64,000 bases of DNA from Desulfatiglandales bacterium. Its GTDB lineage: Bacteria; Desulfobacterota; DSM-4660; Desulfatiglandales; B25-G16. How positions within the stretch are numbered: the stretch's first letter is position 1; each line of letters opens with the position of its first letter. Location of the stretch: contig DATKZQ010000017.1 of NCBI GenBank assembly GCA_035527895.1, forward strand, positions 3,588 through 67,587, read 5' to 3'. The notes beneath the pieces are model-generated. The model ran no database searches. It was not told the origin of the DNA and saw nothing but the letters and a program-made list of their open reading frames with translations. This document shows, piece after piece, positions 1 to 8,288 of the stretch. Position numbers and translations under genes: made by a program.

Positions 1-323
1 TCGGGAGCGCGGAGACAACCCTGACCGCCTATCAGCTGATTCGGAGGGGAGGCTCTGTAGTGGTCGTGGGAGTCCCTGATCTGGATGCGCAGCTGACGCT
101 TCCCCTTGCTGAAATCCCCGTGATGGAAAAGAGTATATTGGGCAGTTTCTATGGGTCCGGAGATATTCGCAGGGACCTTATCACATTACTCGAGCTTTAC
201 AAGGCCGGGCGGATTAATTTAGAAAACCTTATAACGAATCGATATCGATTGGAGGAAATCAATAACGGATTTAAGGACTTAGAAGCCGGGAAAAACGCCA
301 GGGGAGTAATCATGTACGAGTGA
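1..323 (+). CDS. Zn-dependent (medium-chain) alcohol dehydrogenase family protein, C-terminal fragment; 5' end lies outside the window
   Basis: The frame is open from nt 3: GSAETTLTAYQLIRRGGSVVVVGVPD...LEAGKNARGVIMYE*. This is the usual C-terminal region of MDR dehydrogenases. Confidence 0.6.
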   Translation, partial: GSAETTLTAYQLIRRGGSVVVVGVPDLDAQLTLPLAEIPVMEKSILGSFYGSGDIRRDLITLLELYKAGRINLENLITNRYRLEEINNGFKDLEAGKNARGVIMYE

Positions 324-501
324 AGGAAATAGGAATATAATTACACTCGATAGAAAACATGTCCTGACCGATCAAGCCGGCTTCATGGCAGATCTGAGTG
401 GGATAGAGTAGAGAGCTGGCGGAGTGGTTTAGTCGTTTGGACAAACGGGACGTCCGTAAGAAAGTAAATAAATCACAGAATAGAAAAAGCTGTTCACTTT
501 C

Positions 502-684
502 TTGCGGACGTTCCAGACGATTACAGGACGACTTAGAGGGGAGAGACTTGCAGATATCGCCAGGGGATTCAATATTTCCAAATACAGCTCGGTCAGCAGT
601 TCCATAGAAAAGACTAGAAGAGAGATCCTTATTAATGGTAGACTGAAACGGCGAATAAGCCAAGTAGAAGCGCTCTTCAACTAA
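502..684 (+). pseudogene. C-terminal HTH (DnaA_C-like) remnant of an IS200/IS605-type Y1 (RayT-like) transposase
   Basis: ...GERLADIARGFNISKYSSVSSSIEKTRREILINGRLKRRISQVEALF resembles the C-terminal HTH tail of Y1 transposases. There is no N-terminal catalytic part and no RBS. Confidence 0.3.
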
Positions 685-1023
685 GAGTCAAAAGCAGACC
701 CTATTTTCTTTGTAACGGGTAAGAAACCAAATGGCAAAAGATCGGCGATTCAGAAGGCGTATTGAAGCCTGAGGCCAATCCGAAATAAGAGTCGGGGGCA
801 GGGTTGCCCGTATTCCCAATCAAATACGAAAAATGCTTGATGTGATTACTATGATTCGTGTGACTGTGTTGGCTTCTCGGGATTCTCAAAGTGGAAAAAT
901 TTATCATTCGCCCCGGTTACGGGCGAAACTTGAAAGGAGGTGATAGTGCGGCCTAAATGTGATCTGTGCGAGGTGAGGGGTATTTAGGTTTACAACTTTA
1001 TACACGAAAGGAGGAAAGGAACC

Positions 1024-2034
1024 ATGTCTAGAAAAAGAATGTATTACGTCGTTGTCGCGCTAAGCATTTGCATGTTTTTGGGTGCGTCATTCTTCAATGC
1101 CACCCAGGCTGAGGCGAAAAAGATCACCATTAAAGCTATTAGTGCCTGGGATAAAAATCATACTGGTGTTGTGGGAGATTATCTGCCCTATATCAAGCGA
1201 GCCAATGAAATGCTTCAACAAAAATATCCCGGTGAGGTTGAAATCAAATATATCGGTGGGCCTGAAGCCATTCCGACCGGAGATCAACCCGAAGCTCTCA
1301 GAGCGGGGACAGTAGATATGTATTACGGCACGGCGGCATATTATGCAGGTATCGCGCCGGCAGCCAATTGCACGAAGCTGTCACAACTCACCTCACAGGA
1401 AGAAAAGGATGTCGGTGCGGATGCCATTTTTGATGAGATGCATCGGAAAAAGTTAAACGCGACGTATCTGGGCGCACTGGGCAGCCAGCTACCGTTTCAA
1501 CTGTACACCGTCAATAAAGTTACCAGCGTGGGCCAGTTAAAAGGTTTAAAGATTCGTACATCTCCCATGTATGTCGATTTTTTAAAAGCGCTCGGAGCCA
1601 CGCCGATTTCGACAAGTCCTGGTGACGTCTATCAGGCCCTGGAACGGGGCGTTGTGGATGGTTTCATGTGGCCAATGGTCAGTATAAGAGGCTATGGTTG
1701 GCATGAGGTTTCGAAATACGTCGTGGGCCCTAGTTTTTATAAGGTGTCTCACCCGCTTCTTATGAATGCCAAGAAATGGGACTCACTCCCGAAGCATATC
1801 CAGGAAGTGCTCATGGAAGCCTTACGGTTGGAGGTTATCGCCATCGATGCCAGAACCGCCGATGAGATCACCAATGAGTATAAACTATTGATGATAGCCG
1901 GCATGGAAATTATCGAGTTCCCGGCTGCAGAGACGAAAAAATATCTCGATATGGCCTATGATGAGGGGTGGAAGGGCCAGGTCAAAATGGAGCAGGAATA
2001 TACTAACAAATTACGCAAACTGCTAACCAAATAG
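1024..2034 (+). CDS. dctP: TRAP transporter substrate-binding protein (DctP family)
   Basis: AGGAGGAAAGGA RBS and a signal peptide ending AEA. DctP-like motifs are present (LKGLKIRTSP, VYQALERGVVDG). dctQ and dctM follow. Confidence 0.85.
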   Translation: MSRKRMYYVVVALSICMFLGASFFNATQAEAKKITIKAISAWDKNHTGVVGDYLPYIKRANEMLQQKYPGEVEIKYIGGPEAIPTGDQPEALRAGTVDMYYGTAAYYAGIAPAANCTKLSQLTSQEEKDVGADAIFDEMHRKKLNATYLGALGSQLPFQLYTVNKVTSVGQLKGLKIRTSPMYVDFLKALGATPISTSPGDVYQALERGVVDGFMWPMVSIRGYGWHEVSKYVVGPSFYKVSHPLLMNAKKWDSLPKHIQEVLMEALRLEVIAIDARTADEITNEYKLLMIAGMEIIEFPAAETKKYLDMAYDEGWKGQVKMEQEYTNKLRKLLTK

Positions 2035-2047
2035 GCGGCGGCGTGTC

Positions 2048-2084
2048 GGTGAAATTCCCCGTGCCCAGTGCGGGGAATTTCACC
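2048..2084 (+). promoter_or_regulatory. Intercistronic stem-loop immediately after dctP
   Basis: A perfect 14-bp stem, GGTGAAATTCCCCG / CGGGGAATTTCACC, with a 9-nt loop, 14 nt after the dctP stop. Confidence 0.5.
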
Positions 2085-2239
2085 GTATGGCATAATGCTC
2101 CCCAGATCTCTTTTCCGGCAGGATATCCCACTCCTCGGGGACCTAACACGCTCAGCATTTTGGAAATAATGCGTAACTCAGCCAGGAGCTGAGTCATGGA
2201 GTGTTTCGGGGAGATTCGAGAACTATTAGGAGATACGGT

Positions 2240-2755
2240 ATGGCCACAAGGGATGGTAAAAGGCGCAAGAATGGTTTTGATTTTAGCATTGAATTTCTGG
2301 CTTACATAGCCGGCATTATCATTTTGGCAATAACGTTTAGTGTTTCCGGGTCAGCCGTGGTGCGGTATTTGGGTTTCCGACCGCCAGACTGGACGTTTCA
2401 GTTTACGGAGTATGCCCTATTGTGGTTCACCTTCCTGGCTGCTGCATGGCTCCTGAGAGAAGGGGGGCACATCAATATCGATACTGTTGTTACGCGGCTT
2501 CATACGAAGACACGCCGGAAGGTGGAAATCATTGATGATATATTAGGGCTTATAGTCTCCGTTACCATCTTTTGGTTCGGTACTCTCCACACCATTGACC
2601 TCTTTCAACGGGGGATTATGGAGGTAAAAGGGACAACCGTTCCAAAATTTCCGCTTTTTCTTATTATCCCCCTCGGGAGTCTGGCCCTTTCCATTCAGTT
2701 CGGTCGACAATTCTATAAAAAACTGAGATCAAAATCCGGTAATACAGAGAATTAA
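2240..2755 (+). CDS. dctQ: TRAP transporter small permease (DctQ family)
   Basis: ATG 2240 lies 7 nt after AGGAG. The ~170-aa protein has 4 hydrophobic segments and sits between dctP and dctM. The track ORF begins earlier, at 2201. Confidence 0.75.
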   Translation: MATRDGKRRKNGFDFSIEFLAYIAGIIILAITFSVSGSAVVRYLGFRPPDWTFQFTEYALLWFTFLAAAWLLREGGHINIDTVVTRLHTKTRRKVEIIDDILGLIVSVTIFWFGTLHTIDLFQRGIMEVKGTTVPKFPLFLIIPLGSLALSIQFGRQFYKKLRSKSGNTEN

Positions 2756-2810
2756 TCCGTGGACCGTTCAAGAATCCCTGTCGGAGAGAATTAAACGAGG
2801 AGGTAAAGAT

Positions 2811-4124
2811 ATGGAGTGGTGGGGTATTATGTTGCTCTTGATCGGAGGCCTTCTTCTTTTCCTTCTTATAGGACTCCCCATTGCTTTTGCATTTCTCCTG
2901 ATTAATTTTATAGGGGCATATATCTTTATGGGAGGACTGAGTGGTCTGAGTCTTTCCGTACAGCAGATATTTACATCCCTGGTAAGCTTCTCATTAGCCC
3001 CAATCCCTCTTTTTATTTTTATGGGTGAGTTGATGCTGCATTCGGGCATTGCAAAGCGCACGCTGGATGTGTTTGATATATTTATAGGGAGGCTACCGGG
3101 CAGGCTGAGCCTGATTGTCATCACCGGAGGCGCCCTGTTTTCAACGTTGAGCGGATCTACCATTGCTAATACAGCCATGCTTGGCGAAATCATGGTACCT
3201 GAAATGAAGGAACGTGGTTATAAGAACCCCATGATACTGGGTCCTATCGTGGGGGTCGGCGGACTGGCCATGCTGATTCCGCCGAGTGCTCTGGCGGTTG
3301 TGTATGCAAGTCTCGCGCAGATATCTGTGGGAAAGGTGCTGATCGCTGGGGCTGTTCCCGGGTTGATGCTGGCTGTGCTATATTCCGTTTATGTGGTTGG
3401 GAGATCCTACATAACCCCCTCAATCGCCCCAGCTTATGAGGTAGAACATCATACCCTCAAGGAAAAGATTTCGGAATTTTCTAAATATGTCCTACCTCTT
3501 GGATTCATTTTTTTCCTGGTCCTCGGGTTTATTTTTTTAGGTATCGCGACACCAACTGAAGCAGCATCCACAGGTGCTTTAGGTTCGATTATACTGGCAT
3601 GTTGCTACAAAAAATTTGACTTAACGGTCCTGCAAAAGTCCCTTAAAGGAACCCTTAAAGTCTCGGTGATGGCCTTTATGATTATTGCGGCCTCCAGTAC
3701 TTATAGCAGCATTCTAGCATATACCGGCAGCACGATGGGTCTGGTGAATCTTATCAATGACATTCAGATGTCGAGACTTGCTGTACTGATCACCATGATG
3801 GTGATACTAATGATTCTTGGTACCTTCATGGAACAGGTATCCATGATGATGATTACTATTCCCATCTTTATGCCTGTCATCCAGGGCCTTGGGTATGACC
3901 CCATCTGGTTTGCAATTCTTATGCTCCTCAACCTGGAGATGGCCATGTCAACACCGCCCTTTGGTATCCTTCTTTTTGTGATGAAAGCGTCCGCACCAGT
4001 AGGTACGAAGCTGGGAGAGATATGCCTGGCGGCCGCGCCATTTCTCATTTGCGACCTGATTGTCATGATCATCCTGATTGCCCTCCCTGAAATTACCCTC
4101 TTTCTACCTGGTTTCATGAAATAA
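2811..4124 (+). CDS. dctM: TRAP transporter large permease (DctM family)
   Basis: A 437-aa polytopic membrane protein with a GAGGAGG RBS. It is clearly paralogous to the ORF at 8289..9590. Confidence 0.9.
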   Translation: MEWWGIMLLLIGGLLLFLLIGLPIAFAFLLINFIGAYIFMGGLSGLSLSVQQIFTSLVSFSLAPIPLFIFMGELMLHSGIAKRTLDVFDIFIGRLPGRLSLIVITGGALFSTLSGSTIANTAMLGEIMVPEMKERGYKNPMILGPIVGVGGLAMLIPPSALAVVYASLAQISVGKVLIAGAVPGLMLAVLYSVYVVGRSYITPSIAPAYEVEHHTLKEKISEFSKYVLPLGFIFFLVLGFIFLGIATPTEAASTGALGSIILACCYKKFDLTVLQKSLKGTLKVSVMAFMIIAASSTYSSILAYTGSTMGLVNLINDIQMSRLAVLITMMVILMILGTFMEQVSMMMITIPIFMPVIQGLGYDPIWFAILMLLNLEMAMSTPPFGILLFVMKASAPVGTKLGEICLAAAPFLICDLIVMIILIALPEITLFLPGFMK

Positions 4125-4207
4125 CCGAGCTTCTATGTGATAGTTGGTGTGCCAGTGAAGCTCCAGGCCCCCCAAGGGGCATTCCCGCCTCTTTGACTTG
4201 ATAATTT

Positions 4208-4409
4208 CCTGCAGCGGCTCGACTGAGCTCGCCGAAGTCTTGCTGCAGGGTTACGACATAGTGCCTCCCCCTTGATGGGGGAGGTTAGGGGGGGGGTGAT
4301 AAAATGTTTGGTCACCCTCCCCTTTACCCGCCTGAAGTCTGGCGGGTTGATCCCCTCCCATTAAGGGAGGGGACGTTGACATTGGATACCCTGCAGCTTG
4401 CTGCAGGGT
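4208..4409. repeat. Cluster of GC-rich palindromic hairpins (REP/BIME-like)
   Basis: Tandem hairpins are present: CCTGCAGC..GCTGCAGG, CCTCCCCC-ttgat-GGGGGAGG, CCCGCC-tgaagtct-GGCGGG, CCCCTCCC-attaa-GGGAGGGG and ACCCTGCAG-cttg-CTGCAGGGT. Two hairpin types each occur twice. Confidence 0.4.
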
Positions 4410-4650
4410 GGTTCATTGAAGAAACCACGCCCTCATTCATGCCATAGGCGATGATATGTGATGGGAACGATCCACAGTGAGACTAGCAAGAATTGTGGGG
4501 AATGTGGTAGGGGACATGAGGATGTCCTGGACACAAGGACGACTACCGTCTAAGCCGTGAGAGAAGGCGAGGGTCAGGCTGGCCCTTACCGTTGACGCAC
4601 AGGGCGTTTTCCCCTATACTCCCTATCGGAAATACCGAGAGGTTTTATCT

Positions 4651-5286
4651 ATGGAAATACGAACGCTGCTCTTACTAGCCCCGCCGATTCTGTTGGCGCT
4701 AACATTTCATGAATATGCCCATGGGTATGTTGCAAACAAGTACGGAGATGATACGGCAAAGCGGAGTGGCCGTTTAACTCTGAATCCGCTCGCGCATCTT
4801 GACCCATTGGGCACGATCATGATCTTCTTGGTGCATTTCGGGTGGGCTAAACCGGTGCCGGTAAATCCCTATAGGTTGAGAAATCCCAAAAGAGATATGC
4901 TCTGGATTAGCGCTGCCGGTCCCCTTGCGAATATGGTTTTAGCACTTCTGAGCGGCATGTTGCTCAGACTTGTTTTCGCCGTTGGCGGGGCCCCTCAAAA
5001 GCATTCCATTGTGGGATTGCTTATAGTCATGGTGATTATGAGCTTACAGATCAATCTGGCTCTGGCCATATTCAACGTGCTTCCAATTGCCCCTCTGGAT
5101 GGCTCGAAAATCCTGGCCGGACTTCTACCAGCCAGGCATGAAGGCACAATTTACTTGTTAGAGCGCTACGGTCCTTTGATCCTTATTGGATTGATCATAT
5201 TCGGTCGAGCTACCGGCGTGCCTATTCTGGGTAGCTTGATCTGGCCGTTTGTGGGGTTTTTTAGCAAGATCTTTGCGGGAATATGA
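4651..5286 (+). CDS. Site-2 protease family zinc metalloprotease (peptidase M50)
   Basis: HEYAHG (HExxH) in the first TM segment, NPLAHLDPLGT, and LPIAPLDG near the C-terminus. The protein is polytopic. Confidence 0.8.
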   Translation: MEIRTLLLLAPPILLALTFHEYAHGYVANKYGDDTAKRSGRLTLNPLAHLDPLGTIMIFLVHFGWAKPVPVNPYRLRNPKRDMLWISAAGPLANMVLALLSGMLLRLVFAVGGAPQKHSIVGLLIVMVIMSLQINLALAIFNVLPIAPLDGSKILAGLLPARHEGTIYLLERYGPLILIGLIIFGRATGVPILGSLIWPFVGFFSKIFAGI

Positions 5287-5400
5287 ACTGACCACTGCAC
5301 ACACAAGGAATCACGTTTGCCCATAAGAGCAAAAACCCTTGCCGTTTTGATTTCCAAGCGAAACCCGGACTTTCAAGTCGACTGTTGAGGCAAGCTATAG

Positions 5401-5754
5401 TTATTGTTTTTTAACTTCGCCGGCCTCCGAAACAGGCGCGTTTTCCGGTAAGGCAGAGCATTCTCCCTCTGCACTGCGATAGGGCACGGTGGATAAGCAT
5501 ACCCCGATGTCCGATCGTTTGGTGAGCCTCCATAAACGGCCGGTCGCAGTATCCAGCATGAACTGGTCCTGGCCGGAGTCAGATATCTGACCAAAAACGT
5601 ATCTCCCTTGCATAGAGGATAAAACGGCCTTTTGGGCTTCTTTCGGCGGTTGCTGTGTCATAACCCCAAATTGCGCGTACACACTCGTAGCTGAAAAAAG
5701 GACCAGCAAAAAGAGTGTAACACGTACCGCACTGTTTTTTAAGTTTCTGAACAT
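5401..5754 (-). CDS. Secreted hypothetical protein
   Basis: GGAGG lies 8 nt upstream of the ATG. The signal peptide is MFRNLKNSAVRVTLFLLVLFSATSVYAQ. No family was recognised. Confidence 0.5.
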   Translation of the reverse strand: MFRNLKNSAVRVTLFLLVLFSATSVYAQFGVMTQQPPKEAQKAVLSSMQGRYVFGQISDSGQDQFMLDTATGRLWRLTKRSDIGVCLSTVPYRSAEGECSALPENAPVSEAGEVKKQ

Positions 5755-6379
5755 GTCCCTTACCTCCTGTCTAAGTTTCTGTTACTTCAAATACCCTTAG
5801 CCTAAAGCCTTCCGCGATCTTTCTTGGGTTACACGCCTCACGAGACCGGTATGCCTTCTTGCAACAGATCTTGAACAGCCGCACCATCTCAATACGAAGA
5901 AAGAGACCTAAGACGTGCGATCGCATCTGTGATGATAAATGAATTTCAGAAGAATTCAAGCGTTGATTGTGGCGAGAACAGGAAAGATAGCCCCGGCGAG
6001 AATCATATGCAATAGGTTATGACGAGCTGAACATTCGGGTTCGTCCGTGAATCTCCATCCGAGTTGTGTGTGAAAGGCGTATTACAACACCTTGTCAGCA
6101 TTGATTATCTCAAATCATGGCAAGATTTTTTAGAAAACCTTAATTTTGAAAGCCTCTTTCTGTGGGCGTATCATTCTACTCTTGGGTTTGGGGTAACGAG
6201 AGCATAGCAACAAGATAAGGGGAATAGAATAAAATGTGGACATGACAAGACAAAGGTCTTTCATGACCTTTCCAAGCGCTGATAATTCAATGCCTGCCCC
6301 GCCGCTTACATGTGACCACAGGAGCGAGAATAACTGAGTATCATGTCCCCGGAATTACGGCTACCCGATTATCTCACCT

Positions 6380-7003
6380 CTAATTCGATTCACTCTCAAT
6401 AATCGAGCGGACAGCACAATACCGGTTTCCGCTGAGCCGACCAAGAACATCCAAAGCAAACCAATCGACCTCTCTTTCGTTCTTTAGCAAACCATCCTCT
6501 ACATGAACAAGCTGTACTCGTCCAAGAATTAAATTTCCCGCATTAGGGCCTTCACCAATAGTAACAATACGTTCCAGCGTGCATTCAAATGAAATTTTCG
6601 CCTCCTGAACCCGGTAAGGCTTTATCTTTTTCGAAGGAATCCAATGGATACCTTTTATTGAAGACTCATCGGTTCCATAAGGTATAGACTTTGCCGTATA
6701 TTCCATGATGGAAAGGAGGTCCACCGAAACAATATTAACAACAAACTCTGGGACCTTTTGAATGTTTATCACTGTGTCTTTCATAGTTCCGTCTGATCGG
6801 TTGACCACTGAAAATGCAAGGATAGGAGGTGACCACGATACACCAGTGAAAAAACTGAACGGAGCCAGATTGGCCTGGCCGTCTTTATTAATCGAGGATA
6901 CCCAAGCAATAGGTCGGGGTATTATGGAACTTGTAAAGAGGTCATGGGCATGTCTCGGTTCCAAGTCAATCAATTCTATTCCATAGTTCGATATTCCTTT
7001 CAC
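6380..7003 (-). CDS. Flavin reductase-like (FMN-binding split-barrel) protein
   Basis: IIPRPIAWVSSINKDGQANLAPFSFF is the family signature. The start is placed at GTG 7003 (alternative TTG 6973) because the upstream ATGs lie inside or upstream of a sigma-54 promoter element. Confidence 0.7.
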   Translation of the reverse strand: MKGISNYGIELIDLEPRHAHDLFTSSIIPRPIAWVSSINKDGQANLAPFSFFTGVSWSPPILAFSVVNRSDGTMKDTVINIQKVPEFVVNIVSVDLLSIMEYTAKSIPYGTDESSIKGIHWIPSKKIKPYRVQEAKISFECTLERIVTIGEGPNAGNLILGRVQLVHVEDGLLKNEREVDWFALDVLGRLSGNRYCAVRSIIESESN

Positions 7004-7032
7004 AGCTTGATGAGATAACGTGCTGCGAGATA

Positions 7033-7186
7033 AGCAGCACCCCTTCGCGGCAGATGGTATTTTGTGCATCTGGCGTGCCAATGCGGCGGAGTCAGACTCC
7101 ATCCCGAGGATAGGCGGAGCGTGAGTGACGCATGGAGGGGGAATGGAGAACCCCGTAAAGTTATAATCTGATGTACCCTATTTACC
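7033..7186 (-). repeat. Duplicated promoter-region module, copy A
   Basis: About 155 bp align almost base for base with 11436..11591 in the same orientation. The module contains the palindromes GGAGTC-N-GACTCC and ATCC-CGA-GGAT. Confidence 0.8.
7065..7080 (-). promoter_or_regulatory. Sigma-54 (-24/-12) promoter candidate for the flavin reductase gene
   Basis: The minus strand reads TGGCACGCCAGATGCA, against the consensus TGGCACG-N4-TTGCW. The GG and GC are correctly spaced. Confidence 0.6.
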
Positions 7187-7225
7187 AGTTTTGATTACCC
7201 GGTGAATTGACTTGTTATGGATGAT

Positions 7226-7456
7226 TTAGGATTGGTGGGCTGCATATTCATCCAATAGTCTGCGAATCATTTTCTGATACTGAGTATTGCGTTTTTTTGC
7301 CTCTTTCTTAAAAAACTCTACACTGGCTTTGCTGAGTGCAATAGTGACCTTGACGGTTTCGTCCTTCAGAGCCAGCTCTTCAGGTGAAGGAAGGAAGTCG
7401 GAAATAACCTTTACCTTTCCGATAGGCTCATCCGTGTATTTTATTTTCTCTTTCAT
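7226..7456 (-). CDS. brnA: BrnA-type antitoxin (RHH/CopG-like)
   Basis: MKEKIKYTDEPIGKVKVISDFLPSPEEL...VEFFKKEAKKRNTQYQKMIRRLLDEY is the typical BrnA pattern. The gene overlaps the 3' end of brnT. Confidence 0.75.
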   Translation of the reverse strand: MKEKIKYTDEPIGKVKVISDFLPSPEELALKDETVKVTIALSKASVEFFKKEAKKRNTQYQKMIRRLLDEYAAHQS

Positions 7457-7724
7457 ATATTTTCTTTCCTTTCCGCCAATATCCGGCGCCAATAATTCTG
7501 ATCTTGTTATTTCGGTAGGTAAACCTTACAGTCATAATTCCACCAGCGACTCTGCCAAGGCAATAGTATCGCTTTTCATCATCATCACGGTGTTCCAAAT
7601 TCTCTAAGATGACACGATTATGATCCAGGAAAGCAAGCTGCGCCAAAGCAAAAGAGACGCCGTGTTTCTTTTGATTCAGTTGATCCTTAGCGGAATCCCA
7701 CTCAAAGTCAGATTGTTTTTCCAT
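7428..7724 (-). CDS. brnT: BrnT-type toxin (DUF497 ribonuclease)
   Basis: FEWDSAKDQLNQKKHGVSFALAQLAFLDHNRV...RYYCLGRV...VRFTYRNNKIRIIGAGYWRKGKKIYE is the typical BrnT pattern. Confidence 0.8.
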   Translation of the reverse strand: MEKQSDFEWDSAKDQLNQKKHGVSFALAQLAFLDHNRVILENLEHRDDDEKRYYCLGRVAGGIMTVRFTYRNNKIRIIGAGYWRKGKKIYERENKIHG

Positions 7725-7860
7725 ATCAATACGATTAAAGTACGGCAGATCAAAACATATGTCAATATTTTTATATGGCTATTTATATGGCTTTGTTATC
7801 CATAACGTAAAGATCACCTGCCTCTATGGAGCGTCAGCGGAATAAAGGTCAGGTGGATTG

Positions 7861-8220
7861 GTGTACGCCCAGCATGGGCGTGAACCTTTCGGCCCTGAGC
7901 CTCTCGGCCATGAGCTCGAGGCCGAATGGCTCAAGGCCGAAGAGCTTATGGGGTGTAAGTCCCCTGTATGTGAACCCTGTTAGTGTAATCGTACACTGAC
8001 ATAAATAGGAGCCGAAGACAAGTCGAAGATCCCGAGATGGTCGAGGGAGCGGAACCGCGAGGGTCTGTCCGAAGCTTGTCTGCCTCAGGCAGGGAAGGGA
8101 AGTCAGGGTGCAAATCTACGTGCAGGAGGGGACGTAGGTTCTGAAGCAAGTTATGAACATAACTGTTTTGCTGTTTTAAACCTTTTGGTAAGTTGTTTCA
8201 GAACCAACGTGCCCTTTTAC
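7861..8220 (+). repeat. Structured ~350-bp repeat, full copy 1 (group II intron domain I-like 5' part plus a terminal ~70-nt hairpin)
   Basis: It aligns with 13241..13583. The left boundary is sharp, at GTGTACGCCC. Internal motifs are GGGTGTAAGTCCCC, AGGAGCCGAAGACAAG and GGGAAGTCAGGGTGCAAA. It ends in the hairpin GGTTCTGAAGCAAGTTA...TAAGTTGTTTCAGAACC. Confidence 0.7.
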
Positions 8221-8288
8221 TTTCATATGCGTGTTTGGTTCCGGCTTGTCCGGGTTAGGTTGTGCCCGTGTTCTTCATCAGCTTCCTT

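Noticed and set aside
7004-7102. N-terminal extension of the flavin reductase ORF (MESDSAALARQMHKIPS...).
   Set aside because: This stretch belongs to the duplicated promoter module. The ATG at 7067-7069 is part of the -12 element, and the homologous stretch in copy B is non-coding.
8096-8140. Cobalamin riboswitch core, suggested by GGGAAGTCAGGGTGCAAATC.
   Set aside because: The B12 box and the CCCGCCACTG-type segment are absent, and no B12-related gene lies downstream.
7946-8149. A 67-aa minus-strand ORF that resembles the ORF at 13188..13478 at the protein level.
   Set aside because: The similarity is a by-product of the DNA repeat. There is no RBS, the composition is low-complexity, and the indel differences between copies do not preserve a frame.
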